From NCBI GenBank assembly GCA_041690135.1, contig JAWLHY010000003.1, positions 896,001 to 960,000 of the forward strand: 64,000 nucleotides of DNA. The letters run 5' to 3'. The position numbers were made by a program, and so were the translations under genes. Source of the DNA: Armatimonadota bacterium. GTDB taxonomy: Bacteria > Armatimonadota > SYMT01. The notes beneath the pieces are model-generated. The model worked only from the letters and a program-made list of their open reading frames with translations. It was not told the DNA's origin and ran no database searches. Numbering within the stretch: position 1 is the stretch's first letter; each line of letters opens with the position of its first letter. Positions 8,151-18,415 of this stretch are shown one piece after another.

Positions 8151-10949
8151 ATGCGGAAGATGTTGCTGACCGCCTTGATGGCGACGTGGATCCCTGGAGG
8201 CGTCGTGCTGGCGGCAGCGGGAACCCGCAATGATGGCGCGAAACCGACCTTCGAGCGTGATGTCCGGCCGATCCTGAAGACGCACTGCTTCCAGTGCCAT
8301 GGTGAAGGCGGCAATCGCCAGGGTAACCTCGACCTTCGCCTGCGGCGCTTCATGCTCGCCGGGGGCGACTCCGGCCCGGCGATCCAGCCCGGCAAACCCA
8401 AAACCAGCCTGTTGTTGGCCCGGATCCACAGCGGCGAGATGCCGCCCGGCAACAAGAGCCACATGTCCAAAGCGGAGGTTGCGGCGATCGAGCGGTGGAT
8501 CACGGCCGGAGCGCCGACCGCCCGTCCCGAGCCGGAGACGCTGGGGCCCGCGCTGCAGATCACCCCGGAAGAGCGCGCGTTCTGGTCGTTCCAGCCGATT
8601 CGCCGCCCCACGCCCCCGGCGGTGAAAGCCTCCGGACGCGTGCGCACGCCGATCGACGCCTTTTTGCTGGCGCGCCTCGAAAAGGAGGGGCTGACCTTCT
8701 CTCCGGAGGCGGACCGCGCAACCCTGATCCGGCGGGCCACCTTCGACCTGCTGGGGCTGCCACCCTCGCCCGCGGAGGTGGATGCATTTGTCGCCGACCG
8801 CCGGCCCGATGCCTACGAGCGGCTCATCGACACGCTGCTCGCGTCGCCGCGCTACGGGGAGCGTTGGGGGCGCCACTGGCTCGACGTGGCGGGATATGCT
8901 GACTCCGAAGGCTACAACGAGGCCGACACCCCCCGCGCCGATGCCTACCCGTACCGCGACTACGTGATCCGCTCGTTCAACGCCGACAAGCCATTCGATC
9001 AGTTCATCCGCGAGCAACTGGCCGGCGATGAAATGGTGACGCCTCCCTACCGGAATCTGACTCCAGACGCCGTGGAGAAGCTCACCGCCACCGGGTTTCT
9101 GCGGATGGCCCCGGACGGGACCGGCAGCCGCAACGATGACCCGGAGTTGGCCCGGAACGCAGTGGTGACCGAGACCGTGAAGATCGTCTCCAGCTCGCTG
9201 TTGGGCCTGACGGTCGGCTGCGCGGAGTGCCACGACCACCGGTACGATCCGATCCTGCAGAAAGACTTCTACCGGATGCGCGCGCTGTTCGAGCCCGCCC
9301 TGGACTGGAAGCAGTGGCGCGAGCCCCGCAAGCGCCAGATTCTGCTGCTGACCGATGCACAGCAGGCTGAAGCGAAGCGCCTGGAGGCGGAAGCGGTGCG
9401 GGTGGAGGCAGAGCTGAAGCCCCAGTTCGAAGAGTTCCGGAAGTGGGTGTTCGAGCGCGAGGTGGAGCAGATTCCGGAGACGATCCGCGAGACGGCGCGC
9501 GCGGCGGGGCTCGCCTGGCAGGCGGACCGGAAGAAGGTGACGCCCGAGCAGACGAAACTACTGGATCAGTATCCGGGGCTCAAGGTGACCGCCTCTCCCC
9601 AGATTCTCAATCTGTTCCTGGCCAAGTATGACCGCGCGGAAGACCTTCAGAAGGTGATCCAGGCGAATAAGCAGAAAGCCGATGCCATTCGTGCCCGCAA
9701 GCCCCGGGAAGAGTTCATCCGGGCGCTCACCGAGATCCCCGGCCACATTCCGACCACCTACCTTTTCCAGCGGGGGGATCGGAACACCCCGGGGGAAGCG
9801 GTCGGGCCGGGCGATCTGAACGTCCTGGCCGACCCGCCGCTCGATTTCCCCGCGGATGATCCCGCGGTGCCCACGACCGGTCGCCGGCTGGCGTTCGCCC
9901 GGCGCTTGACGGATGGATCGCACCCACTGCTGGCCCGGGTCTTGGTGAACCGCTTCTGGATGCATCACTTCGGGCGCGGCATCGTCACCACCCCCGGCGA
10001 CTTCGGTACCCAGGGGAGCCGGCCCACGCACCCGGAACTCCTCGACTGGCTCGCTAGCTCCTTCGTCGCAGGGGCCGGGGATAAGGGGCCGGGGGCTGGT
10101 AAGACGGGACAATTGGCAATTGACAGTGGTCAATTGTCAATTGTCAATTCCGGACTCCCGTCCGGTTCCGGGCCCCAACCCCCGACCTCCGGTTCCGCCG
10201 AAGGCCTGGGCTGGAGCCTCAAGAAGCTTCACCGCCTGATCATGACCTCCACGGTCTACCGGCAAGTCTCCACCCAGAATGAGCGGGGCAACCGCGTGGA
10301 TGCGGACAACACCCTGTACTGGCGCATGCCCGTGCGGCGTTTGGAGGCGGAAGCGATCCGTGATGCGGCGCTGGCCGTGAGCGGCAAGTTGAACCTGACG
10401 ATGTTCGGGCCGCCGGTGCCGGTCGTCCTTGATGACACCAGCCAGGCGGTCGTGGGTGGCGCCGCGCCCTCCAAAGACGGAGCCGAGTTCCGGCGGAGCG
10501 TCTATGTGCAGGTGCGGCGGACGCAGCCGGCCTACTTGCTGGAGGTGTTCGACGCGCCGCAACTCGAGCCGAACTGCGAGGCGCGGACTGTGTCGACGGT
10601 CCCGCAGCAGTCGCTGGTGATGCTGAACAATGCGTTCCTGCTCCAGCAGGCGGAGCACTTCGCGCGGCGCGTCCGGCAGGAGGCCGGTCCGGACCGCGCG
10701 GCGCAGGTCCGTCACGCGTGGCGCCTGGCCTTCTCCAAAGGACCGGCGGAAGCCCAGGTAACCCAGCTTACTGATTACCTCCAGGCTCAAACGCAGCTCC
10801 AGGCGGCGCGCATCGGCTCGGCGGCAAAGGAACGCAGCCAGGATAAAGCGGGCCAGGAACAGAAGGAAGCGGGCGATCCGGAGCTATCGGCGCTGGCAAG
10901 TCTCTGCCAGGTGCTGCTGAGCGCCAACCCCTTCCTATACGTGGATTGA
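8151..10949 (+). CDS. Planctomycete cytochrome c / PSD1 protein (PSCyt1 + DUF1549 + DUF1553)
   Basis: CFQCHG and CAECHDH heme motifs, FWSFQP, YGERWGRHWLD, NRFWMHHFGRG, HPELLDWLA, RRLEAEAIRD. Confidence 0.93.
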   Translation: MRKMLLTALMATWIPGGVVLAAAGTRNDGAKPTFERDVRPILKTHCFQCHGEGGNRQGNLDLRLRRFMLAGGDSGPAIQPGKPKTSLLLARIHSGEMPPGNKSHMSKAEVAAIERWITAGAPTARPEPETLGPALQITPEERAFWSFQPIRRPTPPAVKASGRVRTPIDAFLLARLEKEGLTFSPEADRATLIRRATFDLLGLPPSPAEVDAFVADRRPDAYERLIDTLLASPRYGERWGRHWLDVAGYADSEGYNEADTPRADAYPYRDYVIRSFNADKPFDQFIREQLAGDEMVTPPYRNLTPDAVEKLTATGFLRMAPDGTGSRNDDPELARNAVVTETVKIVSSSLLGLTVGCAECHDHRYDPILQKDFYRMRALFEPALDWKQWREPRKRQILLLTDAQQAEAKRLEAEAVRVEAELKPQFEEFRKWVFEREVEQIPETIRETARAAGLAWQADRKKVTPEQTKLLDQYPGLKVTASPQILNLFLAKYDRAEDLQKVIQANKQKADAIRARKPREEFIRALTEIPGHIPTTYLFQRGDRNTPGEAVGPGDLNVLADPPLDFPADDPAVPTTGRRLAFARRLTDGSHPLLARVLVNRFWMHHFGRGIVTTPGDFGTQGSRPTHPELLDWLASSFVAGAGDKGPGAGKTGQLAIDSGQLSIVNSGLPSGSGPQPPTSGSAEGLGWSLKKLHRLIMTSTVYRQVSTQNERGNRVDADNTLYWRMPVRRLEAEAIRDAALAVSGKLNLTMFGPPVPVVLDDTSQAVVGGAAPSKDGAEFRRSVYVQVRRTQPAYLLEVFDAPQLEPNCEARTVSTVPQQSLVMLNNAFLLQQAEHFARRVRQEAGPDRAAQVRHAWRLAFSKGPAEAQVTQLTDYLQAQTQLQAARIGSAAKERSQDKAGQEQKEAGDPELSALASLCQVLLSANPFLYVD
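10068..10205. repeat. Nested heptamer-repeat hairpin inserted in-frame in the PSD1 gene
   Basis: 17-bp stem GACAATTGGCAATTGAC (10108-10124) / GTCAATTGTCAATTGTC (10129-10145), flanked by GGGGCCG-type repeats and C-rich complements. Confidence 0.8.
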
Positions 10950-11015
10950 GCCGGACGGGGTTGTGCCGGGTTCCCCTAAATCCCCCTTTGAAGTAACACA
11001 GCGAAGGTCTCTCTA

Positions 11016-12485
11016 ATGGCAAGTCATCCCAAACACTCCGGTTGCTCCGGATCGCCGGTCTGCGCGAGCCGCCGCCACTTCCTGGGGTCCGGCCTGATGG
11101 GCCTGGGTTCGGTCGCACTGGCGACGCTGTTGCAGCAAGACGGCCTCCTGGCCGCCCCCGAAAAGCCGCCGCTGGAGCCGGTGACCTACGACCTCAAGCC
11201 GAAGCCTGCCCATCACCCGGCACGGGCCAACGCTGTGATCTCACTCTTCATGGGGGGCGGTCCCAGCCACCTGGACCTGTTCGATCCGAAGCCGCTGCTG
11301 GACAAGTACGACGGGCAGATCTTCCCCGGCGGGGAGATCAAATTCGACAATGCCGGTGGCGCCTCGAAAGCGGTGATGCGCAGCCCGTTCCGGTTCCAGA
11401 AGCATGGACAGTCCGGTATCGAACTCTCGGAACTATTGCCCCACACGGCCCAGATCGTCGATGACATCACCCTGGTCCGTTCGATGAACCTGGGCGGCAT
11501 CCGCAACCATGTGGCCGGGATGCAGGCGATGACGTTCGGCCGAAACGACCCGACCCGGCCCTCGCTCGGAAGCTGGATCACCTATGGGCTCGGCAGCGAA
11601 ACCCAGGACTTGCCCTCTTACGTGGCGCTGGTGGTGGACAAGCCGCCGGGGAGCCCTTACTGGTCGAGCGGGTTCCTTCCGTCGATCTTCCAGGGAACGC
11701 AGGTTCGCCAGCAGGAGCCGCGGATGGTGAACCTGGCTCCGCCGCCGCACCTGAAGGGGCAGCCGCAGTCGCTGCAGCTCTCACTCCTGCAGCAGATCAA
11801 CCGGCAGCACCTGGAGCAGCACCCGGGCGAGCACGACCTGGCGGCGCGGATCGCCAGCTACGCGCTGGCGGCGCGGATGCAGACCGGCGCCCTGGATGCA
11901 CTCGACATCTCGAAGGAGTCCGAGGCCACGCGCAGGCTGTACGGGCTGGATAACGAGACCACCCGCCCGTTCGGTGAGGCCTGCCTGATCGCACGCCGCC
12001 TCGTGGAGCGTGGTGTTCGCTTCGTGCAGCTCTGGTATTACGAATGGGACATGCACGAGCAGATCAACAAGCTACTCGTGACAAAGTGCGCTCGGACCGA
12101 CCAGCCCTCCGCCGCCCTGGTGAAGGACCTGAAACAGCGCGGCATGCTGGACACCACCCTGGTGCACTGGGGGGGAGAAATGGGCCGGTTGCCCGTGGTG
12201 CAGCGCCGTGGCACGGACGTCTCCAACGCCGGCCGCGACCACAACACGGACGGCTTCAGCATGTGGCTGGCGGGCGGTGGCGTAAAGAGCGGCCACATCC
12301 ACGGCGCCACGGACGAGTTCGGCCTGCACGCAGTCGAGGGGATCGTTCACCACTACGATTACCTCGCTACGGTGATGCACCTGCTGGGCCTGGACTGCAA
12401 CCGTTTGACGTACAAACGCAACGGGTTGGAGGAGAACATTCTCGACGGTCAGCCCGGGAAGGTCGTCGACGGCATACTGGCGTAG
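11016..12485 (+). CDS. DUF1501 domain protein (Tat-exported)
   Basis: SRRHFL Tat motif, FMGGGPSHLDLFDPKP, ARRLVERGVRFVQ, GEMGRLP, GRDH; usual partner of PSD1 genes. Confidence 0.93.
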   Translation: MASHPKHSGCSGSPVCASRRHFLGSGLMGLGSVALATLLQQDGLLAAPEKPPLEPVTYDLKPKPAHHPARANAVISLFMGGGPSHLDLFDPKPLLDKYDGQIFPGGEIKFDNAGGASKAVMRSPFRFQKHGQSGIELSELLPHTAQIVDDITLVRSMNLGGIRNHVAGMQAMTFGRNDPTRPSLGSWITYGLGSETQDLPSYVALVVDKPPGSPYWSSGFLPSIFQGTQVRQQEPRMVNLAPPPHLKGQPQSLQLSLLQQINRQHLEQHPGEHDLAARIASYALAARMQTGALDALDISKESEATRRLYGLDNETTRPFGEACLIARRLVERGVRFVQLWYYEWDMHEQINKLLVTKCARTDQPSAALVKDLKQRGMLDTTLVHWGGEMGRLPVVQRRGTDVSNAGRDHNTDGFSMWLAGGGVKSGHIHGATDEFGLHAVEGIVHHYDYLATVMHLLGLDCNRLTYKRNGLEENILDGQPGKVVDGILA

Positions 12486-12570
12486 TTGGGGCCGGCGTAC
12501 GCGGCTTTACGAGGGGACATTCTTATCCGCGGCGAACCTCCTCCCAGGTGACTCTTCGAGGAGGTGCGAG

Positions 12571-14826
12571 ATGCGAACGCCACTGAGTGCTGCCGTCCTG
12601 GCCCTGGGTGTGGGTTGTTTTGCCGCTGGAGAACGCCTGCGCGCCGCGGAAGTGGAGTTCCAGCCGTTGGCGGCGCAGGCGGTTCGACTCGTCGAGACGC
12701 TGGACTTCCTGGGGGCGCCGCTCGCGCCCACCGACCGGCAGGCAGTGCTGGAGGCGGCGAAGGGAGCGGACCCGGCGAAAGGTACGGCGGTCATCGAACG
12801 GGTGCTGGACCGCTACGCCCTCTTCGAAGTCCAGATCAACCCGGAGAGCCGGGTCAAGGTAGCGGTGGGCCAGGCGAAACCGGAACTGGTGGAGCAGGGC
12901 TGGCGCACCTTCCTGGTCAAGGTGAACAACGAAGCGGGCGTGACGGCGCCGCTGCAGGTAGTCAGCCCCAACGCCGGTAGTCTCCACAACTCCCCGAAGG
13001 AAGACCTGCCGCACCGCTGGCTCGACCTCTTGCAGTACACGTCCCAGCCGATGCGCGCGCCGCTCTCCGGGCTGGAGTTGGAGTACCGGGTCCTCTCTCT
13101 CTACAGCCGCGACGCCGGCAAGCGCGAGGCCAAGGTCGCCTTCAACGTGGGGCAGGGGACGCAGGATATTGGGTTCCGCAACGACGCCGACGTCCTGTTC
13201 ACCGTGCGCCCCTCCACCCCCGTCACCCTGCGCGTGCGGGACGTGGACGGCAAACCCACCACCGCCGGCTTCGTGATCCGCGACGGCGCGGGCCGGGTCT
13301 ATCCTTCGCAGACCAAGCGTCTCGCACCGGACTTCGCCTTTCACCCACAGGTTTACCGGGCCGACGGGGAGACCGTGAAACTGCCGCCGGGCAACTACCA
13401 GGTCGAGTGCACGCGAGGCCCGGAGTACCGGGTGCTCCGGCGGGAGATCCGGGTGCCAGCAGCCACCGCACACGAGGAACGGTTCCAGCTCACCCGGTGG
13501 ATCGATCCCGCGAAGGGCGGCTGGTATTCCGGCGATCATCACATCCACGCGGCCGGATGCGCGCACTACACCAGCCCCACGGAAGGAGTCCACGCTCCCG
13601 ACATGATGCGGCATTGCCTGGGTGAGGATCTGAAGGTTGGCTGTAACCTGACGTGGGGCCCATGCTTCGACTACCAGAAGCAGTTCTTTACGGGGAAGGT
13701 GGATCCGGTCTCGCAGTACCCGTACCTGCTGCGGTACGACGTGGAGGTCTCCGGCTTCGGCTCCCATCAGAGCGGCCACCTCTGCCTGCTCCGGCTCAAG
13801 AACCAGATCTATCCCGGCGGAGAGTCCAAAGACCACTGGCCGACTCTTTGTCTCAATACCCTCCGCTGGGCCAAGCGGCAGGGCGCGGTGTGTGGTCCCG
13901 CTCACTCCGGCTGGGGGCTGGAAGTGAAGACCGACCAGCTTCCGAACTATGAGATCCCGCCCTTCAACGGCATCGGGGCCAACGAGTACATCGTGGACGT
14001 GACCCACGACGTGGAAGGCCCGGACGGGAAGCCGGTACCTGCCGTCGATTTCGTTTCCACGGTCGATACGCCTTACGTCTGGGAGTTGAACATCTGGTAT
14101 CACACCCTCAACTGCGGCTATCGCACGCGGATCAGCGGGGAGACGGACTTTCCCTGCATCTACGGGGAGCGCGTGGGGCTCGGCCGGTCCTACGTGAAGC
14201 TGGATGGCAAACTCGACTTCGACCGGTGGGTTGAAGGGATCCGCAAGGGGCGCAATTACGTTTCCGATGGTCTCAGCCACCTGATGGATTTCCGGGTGGA
14301 GCAGACCCCGGTGGGGGAGAAGGAGAGCGAAGTTCGCCTGAAACGGGCCCGCCCGGTGCGGATCTCCGCGAAGGTGGCCGCCCTCCTGCCGGAACAGCCG
14401 GACCCTGGCCTGAAGAACCGTCCCTATCAGCAAAAGCCGTACTGGCATCTGGAGCGGGCGCGGATCGGCACCGGGCGGGAAGTCCCGGTGGAGGTGATCG
14501 TCAACGGCTACCCCGTGGCCCGGAAGACGGTTCCCGCCGACGGGACGACTCGCAGCGTGACTTTCGAGGTACCGATCAGCCGCAGCAGTTGGGTCGCGCT
14601 CCGGGTCCTGCCCTCGTCGCACACGAACCCGGTCTTCGTGCTGGTGGGCGATCAACCGATCCGTGCCTCCCGCCGCAGCGCGGAGTGGTGCCTGAAGAGC
14701 GTAGACCAGTGCTGGTCGCAGAAGCAGCGGTTCATCAAGCCGCAGGAGATGGACCAGGCCCGCGCCGCCTACGACCACGCCCGCCAGGCGTACCGGAGGA
14801 TCCTGGACGAGAGTGGAGCGGAGTAA
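12571..14826 (+). CDS. CehA/McbA family metallohydrolase (secreted)
   Basis: Signal peptide, RGPEY, WYSGDHHIH, WYHTLNCG, SGETDFP, HTNPVFV. Confidence 0.85.
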   Translation: MRTPLSAAVLALGVGCFAAGERLRAAEVEFQPLAAQAVRLVETLDFLGAPLAPTDRQAVLEAAKGADPAKGTAVIERVLDRYALFEVQINPESRVKVAVGQAKPELVEQGWRTFLVKVNNEAGVTAPLQVVSPNAGSLHNSPKEDLPHRWLDLLQYTSQPMRAPLSGLELEYRVLSLYSRDAGKREAKVAFNVGQGTQDIGFRNDADVLFTVRPSTPVTLRVRDVDGKPTTAGFVIRDGAGRVYPSQTKRLAPDFAFHPQVYRADGETVKLPPGNYQVECTRGPEYRVLRREIRVPAATAHEERFQLTRWIDPAKGGWYSGDHHIHAAGCAHYTSPTEGVHAPDMMRHCLGEDLKVGCNLTWGPCFDYQKQFFTGKVDPVSQYPYLLRYDVEVSGFGSHQSGHLCLLRLKNQIYPGGESKDHWPTLCLNTLRWAKRQGAVCGPAHSGWGLEVKTDQLPNYEIPPFNGIGANEYIVDVTHDVEGPDGKPVPAVDFVSTVDTPYVWELNIWYHTLNCGYRTRISGETDFPCIYGERVGLGRSYVKLDGKLDFDRWVEGIRKGRNYVSDGLSHLMDFRVEQTPVGEKESEVRLKRARPVRISAKVAALLPEQPDPGLKNRPYQQKPYWHLERARIGTGREVPVEVIVNGYPVARKTVPADGTTRSVTFEVPISRSSWVALRVLPSSHTNPVFVLVGDQPIRASRRSAEWCLKSVDQCWSQKQRFIKPQEMDQARAAYDHARQAYRRILDESGAE

Positions 14827-14853
14827 GGCTTCCAGACACTAGCGACCTCTACT

Positions 14854-15900
14854 ATGGCGAGAAGACCCCGGCAACCGGCTGACGACTACGACAATCCCTG
14901 GAAGGAGGTCATCGAGCGCTTCTTTCCGGCGTTCGTAGAGTTCTTCTTTCCGCACGTCCACGCGGATATCGACTGGTCACGCAGTTACGAGTTCCTCGAC
15001 AAGGAGCTCATGAAGGTCATCCGGGACGCCCGGAGCCGCAAGCGTCACGTCGATAAGCTGGTCAAGGTGTGGCGCAAATCCGGAGCAGATGCCTGGGTGC
15101 TCACCCACCTCGAGGTGCAGGGCCAGGGCGAAGACGAGTTCCCGGAGCGGATGTACATCTACAACTACCGCCTCTACGACCGGTACCGCCGACCGATTGC
15201 CAGCTTCGCCGTGCTTGCGGACCCCAATCCGGAGTGGCGGCCGGATCGTTTCAGCTACGATTTGTGGGGGTGTAAGCCTGGGCTGGTCTTCCCGGTGGTT
15301 AAGCTGACCGACTTCGTTTCCAGGTGGGCAGAGCTGGAAAGCAGCCGGAATCCGTTCGCCTCCGTAGTGATGGCGCACCTGAAGACACAGGAGACCCAAA
15401 GGGCTCCCGAAGAGAGGCTGACCTGGAAGTTGCGCATCGTGCGGAGGCTATACGACCGCGGCTACTCCCGACAGGATGTCCTCGAACTATTCCGTATCAT
15501 CGATTGGATGATGCAGCTTCCGGAAGGCCTTGACCAAGCCTTTCATCATTCGCTACAACAGTACGAAGAGGAGAAGGCCATGCCGTACGTCACCAGCATT
15601 GAGCGAATTGGGATCGAAAAGGGGTTACAGGAAGGGATTGAGATTGGGCGCGAGGAAGGGCGCGAGGAAGGGCGCGAGGAAGGGCGCGAGGAAGGCTTGG
15701 AGGAGGGCGAAGTTCTCGGACTGCGCAAAGCAGTCAGTGGTGCGCTCCTGGTCAAGTTCAATCGGGTCCCCGAGGACGTTCAGGCTGCTCTGGAGGCGAT
15801 CTCCGAAGCCGGCGTGCTCGTTCGCCTGGTCTCCGCCGTCATTCAGTCCGAGACGCTCGATGAGTTTCAGCAGCATCTTCCGCGCCAAGGGAACTCTTAG
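14854..15900 (+). CDS. Rpn/YhgA-like PD-(D/E)XK nuclease (annotated elsewhere as putative transposase)
   Basis: YDNPWKE, FLDKEL, VDKLVKV, HLEVQ, FPERMYIYNYR, MPYVTSIERIG followed by (GREE)n tail. Confidence 0.88.
   Translation: MARRPRQPADDYDNPWKEVIERFFPAFVEFFFPHVHADIDWSRSYEFLDKELMKVIRDARSRKRHVDKLVKVWRKSGADAWVLTHLEVQGQGEDEFPERMYIYNYRLYDRYRRPIASFAVLADPNPEWRPDRFSYDLWGCKPGLVFPVVKLTDFVSRWAELESSRNPFASVVMAHLKTQETQRAPEERLTWKLRIVRRLYDRGYSRQDVLELFRIIDWMMQLPEGLDQAFHHSLQQYEEEKAMPYVTSIERIGIEKGLQEGIEIGREEGREEGREEGREEGLEEGEVLGLRKAVSGALLVKFNRVPEDVQAALEAISEAGVLVRLVSAVIQSETLDEFQQHLPRQGNS
15646..15693 (+). repeat. 12-bp perfect tandem repeat x4 (GGGCGCGAGGAA) encoding GREE
   Basis: Read directly from the sequence. 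Confidence 0.95.
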
Positions 15901-15922
15901 GATCGGCCGGTAGTCGAACAGT

Positions 15923-15951
15923 TTGACACCCCCTCCGGCCCGGAATATAGT
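15923..15951 (+). promoter_or_regulatory. Sigma70-type promoter
   Basis: TTGACA-N17-TATAGT upstream of the 16059 gene. Confidence 0.75.
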
Positions 15952-16058
15952 TAAGCTGAGTAGGCAGCCCTCTTCATTTCCCAGGTCGGAAGGGTGGCTT
16001 CAGCCCGATCCTCCGAAAGCGGATGCGCGCGGGCAACCAACCAAGGGAGAGCACCCCG

Positions 16059-17312
16059 ATGCGATGCCCGAACTGCGGGACCACACTCCCGGCCGCTAGC
16101 CGCTTCTGCAACGGCTGCGGTGCGGCCATGGGCGCCCCCGGCGCTCCCGGTCCGTCCACGCCCCAGCGCACCCAGATGCCTACGGCGCAGCAGTCGCGGG
16201 CAGGTTCTCCACCACCCGGTTCTCCCCTGCCCACCGGCCGACCCATGGGAAGCCCGAATCCTTTCGCCGCCCCGCCGCCCCCAGCTAGTGCCGCCGTGCC
16301 TGCTCGCAAGCCCGTGGGGCTGTTGATCGGGGTGGTGGTGCTCCTGGTGGCGGCTATCGCGATCGGTGGGGTCGTGGTGGTGCAGGGCCGGATGCGATCC
16401 GGCGCCTCTGTTACGGCAGCGCAGGCGCCGGAGTTACCACAGGGCCCAGGCGTCCAGCAGGCGTCCTCGCCCGAAGCTCCCAACGGGCCGGGGGTGATGG
16501 CCGGGCGCGTGCCACCGCCTCCCAAGGGACCTTCCGTCGTGGCGCAGGCGGAGAAGCCGAACGACATGGCACCCTCCGTGCTGCTCGGTACCGGCACCGA
16601 GCCGCCCAAAGCCCCATCCGTCGTCAGCGGCCATGCCACGCCCCAGGTGCCCGAGGGTCCGAGTCCCCTGGTCAGCCAGCCGGTTCCGTCCCCCAAGGCG
16701 CCCAGCCCTCTTCAGCAGCAGCCACGGCAAGCGCCGACCAAACCGGCACAGCCGGCTCCGCAGCCGCAGCAGCCGCCGGACCACCGGGACCTGGAGCGCT
16801 ACCTGGAGTGGCTGCGCTATGTGGAGAACGAACGGGTAACACTCCGGGCGCAGGCCCAGGGACCGCTCCTCAACGAGATGATGGCGCCACTTCAGAATGC
16901 GCTGGCGCTGACGGACCCGGACGTGAACGAGAACGTGTTGATGGCGCAGGACCAGCAGCGCAAAGGCTTGCTCTTCCGCAACATCCAGCGGGCGATGCAC
17001 GTGTTTCACGCCAACGTTCGCCGCACCAAGCCGCCGGTGCCTCAAGATTGCCGGGTGGTGGATTTGCACTTCATGGGCGCGATGCAGCTCGAGAGCGAAC
17101 TCGAAATGGCCGTGATCGATGCCTTCCTGAAGAACGATCTCGGGCGTCTGATGGTGCTGAAGCAGACCGGCGTGAAGGGTATCGACAACCGCCTGCGACA
17201 GGCCAACTTCGCGCTCCGGCAGGTATTCCGCGGCCGGAATCTTCCAGAGAGCTTTGAGATCACCTCGGGCAGCGGTGCCGGGATCGGCGGCCCGTTCCAG
17301 GGTCTTTTCTAG
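16059..17312 (+). CDS. Zinc-ribbon, single-TM, Pro-rich membrane protein
   Basis: CPNCG...FCNGCG at N-terminus, TM helix, Pro-rich linker, helical C-terminal domain; GGGAGA RBS. Confidence 0.75.
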   Translation: MRCPNCGTTLPAASRFCNGCGAAMGAPGAPGPSTPQRTQMPTAQQSRAGSPPPGSPLPTGRPMGSPNPFAAPPPPASAAVPARKPVGLLIGVVVLLVAAIAIGGVVVVQGRMRSGASVTAAQAPELPQGPGVQQASSPEAPNGPGVMAGRVPPPPKGPSVVAQAEKPNDMAPSVLLGTGTEPPKAPSVVSGHATPQVPEGPSPLVSQPVPSPKAPSPLQQQPRQAPTKPAQPAPQPQQPPDHRDLERYLEWLRYVENERVTLRAQAQGPLLNEMMAPLQNALALTDPDVNENVLMAQDQQRKGLLFRNIQRAMHVFHANVRRTKPPVPQDCRVVDLHFMGAMQLESELEMAVIDAFLKNDLGRLMVLKQTGVKGIDNRLRQANFALRQVFRGRNLPESFEITSGSGAGIGGPFQGLF

Positions 17313-17341
17313 CGCTGTGCAATAGATCACAGGGGCTGCGG

Positions 17342-17370
17342 GGAACCTGTTTCCGTTGGAGACCGTCAAA
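17342..17370 (+). promoter_or_regulatory. Candidate ECF-sigma promoter
   Basis: GGAAC-N17-CGTCAAA upstream of the 17486 gene. Confidence 0.5.
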
Positions 17371-17485
17371 GGAAGTGTGCACAGGGAACCGGCCCACAGG
17401 GGCATCCTGTAACTACCCATAGAGTTTCCGCCAACCGCCTTGCACGCGTGACCTGACGGAAGCGGCTGGAAGGATCGAGGACCTG

Positions 17486-18349
17486 ATGAACTGTCCCTAC
17501 TGCGACGAGAGCACCCATCCCCTGGCCAAGTTCTGCTCCAAGTGCGGTCTTCCGCTAAAGGAAGACTCGACCGTGATGGGTGCCTACGCCACCGACGACA
17601 CGGGCCCGAGCCCCTGGGTCGTGGGCGGCGGGGCCGTGGCGATCGTGGCCATCGCGCTGACCCTCGGCTGGCTGGGCTCCCGCAAGAACGACGCCCGGCC
17701 CACGGAGACGGTCCGGCGGGACAGTATCGGCGGCTTTCCGGCGCCTCCCGCGCCGGCGGCTACTTCGCTTCCGGGTTACACGGGCTTCAGTGCGGCAGCA
17801 ACGGCTCCGGCACGGCGAACCGGCCCTTCCGCCACCTACAATCCCACCGTGCGCTATGCCTGGACCCCCCCGCCGCAGCCGCAGACGCCGCCGCGCGTGA
17901 ACTGGGCGCCCGAGCCGGCACCGCCGCCGATTATGCTGGCCTCGATCAATCCGATCATCTACCGGCGCCCGGCGGTGGTCGAGCCGCCGCGCCTGGAGAG
18001 CCCGGCCGTTCCGCCGCTACCGCCGGATGTCGCCGCGGCCGCCGCGCAGGCGGGCCTTCCTGCCGGAAACCCGCCGGCCGGCTTCGACGATGGTTCGGGT
18101 TTCGGTGGGCCACAGGTCCCCGCCGGCTTCAATTATGTGGTTGCGCCGAACGGCGAGGTCGGCGTGCTGAATGGGAACGGGGTATTCGAATCACTGCGCG
18201 ACCGGCAGCCGCTCTCCGGGGCGGACAGCGACCAGGCCTTCTGGGTTTGGGATCCCGTGCACGAACGGTGGGCCGTGCAGACGAACCGCAAGCGGAGCAG
18301 CGCCCGGCGCGTGGGCGGCGCCGCCGTTTCGGCCAATTCGGGCGGTTAA
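17486..18349 (+). CDS. Zinc-ribbon, single-TM, Pro-rich membrane protein
   Basis: CPYC...FCSKCG, TM helix, Pro/Ala-rich tail; GAGG RBS. Confidence 0.75.
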   Translation: MNCPYCDESTHPLAKFCSKCGLPLKEDSTVMGAYATDDTGPSPWVVGGGAVAIVAIALTLGWLGSRKNDARPTETVRRDSIGGFPAPPAPAATSLPGYTGFSAAATAPARRTGPSATYNPTVRYAWTPPPQPQTPPRVNWAPEPAPPPIMLASINPIIYRRPAVVEPPRLESPAVPPLPPDVAAAAAQAGLPAGNPPAGFDDGSGFGGPQVPAGFNYVVAPNGEVGVLNGNGVFESLRDRQPLSGADSDQAFWVWDPVHERWAVQTNRKRSSARRVGGAAVSANSGG

Positions 18350-18415
18350 GGCCGGAGGGCCGATCTGATACCGGAGCCTAGTGAGGCCTCTCTTTCACAG
18401 CCTTCTGGGGCGGAT

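Noticed and set aside
14854-15900. Rpn gene as an IS element
   Set aside because: No terminal inverted repeats or target duplication seen; the family is a PD-(D/E)XK nuclease rather than a DDE transposase
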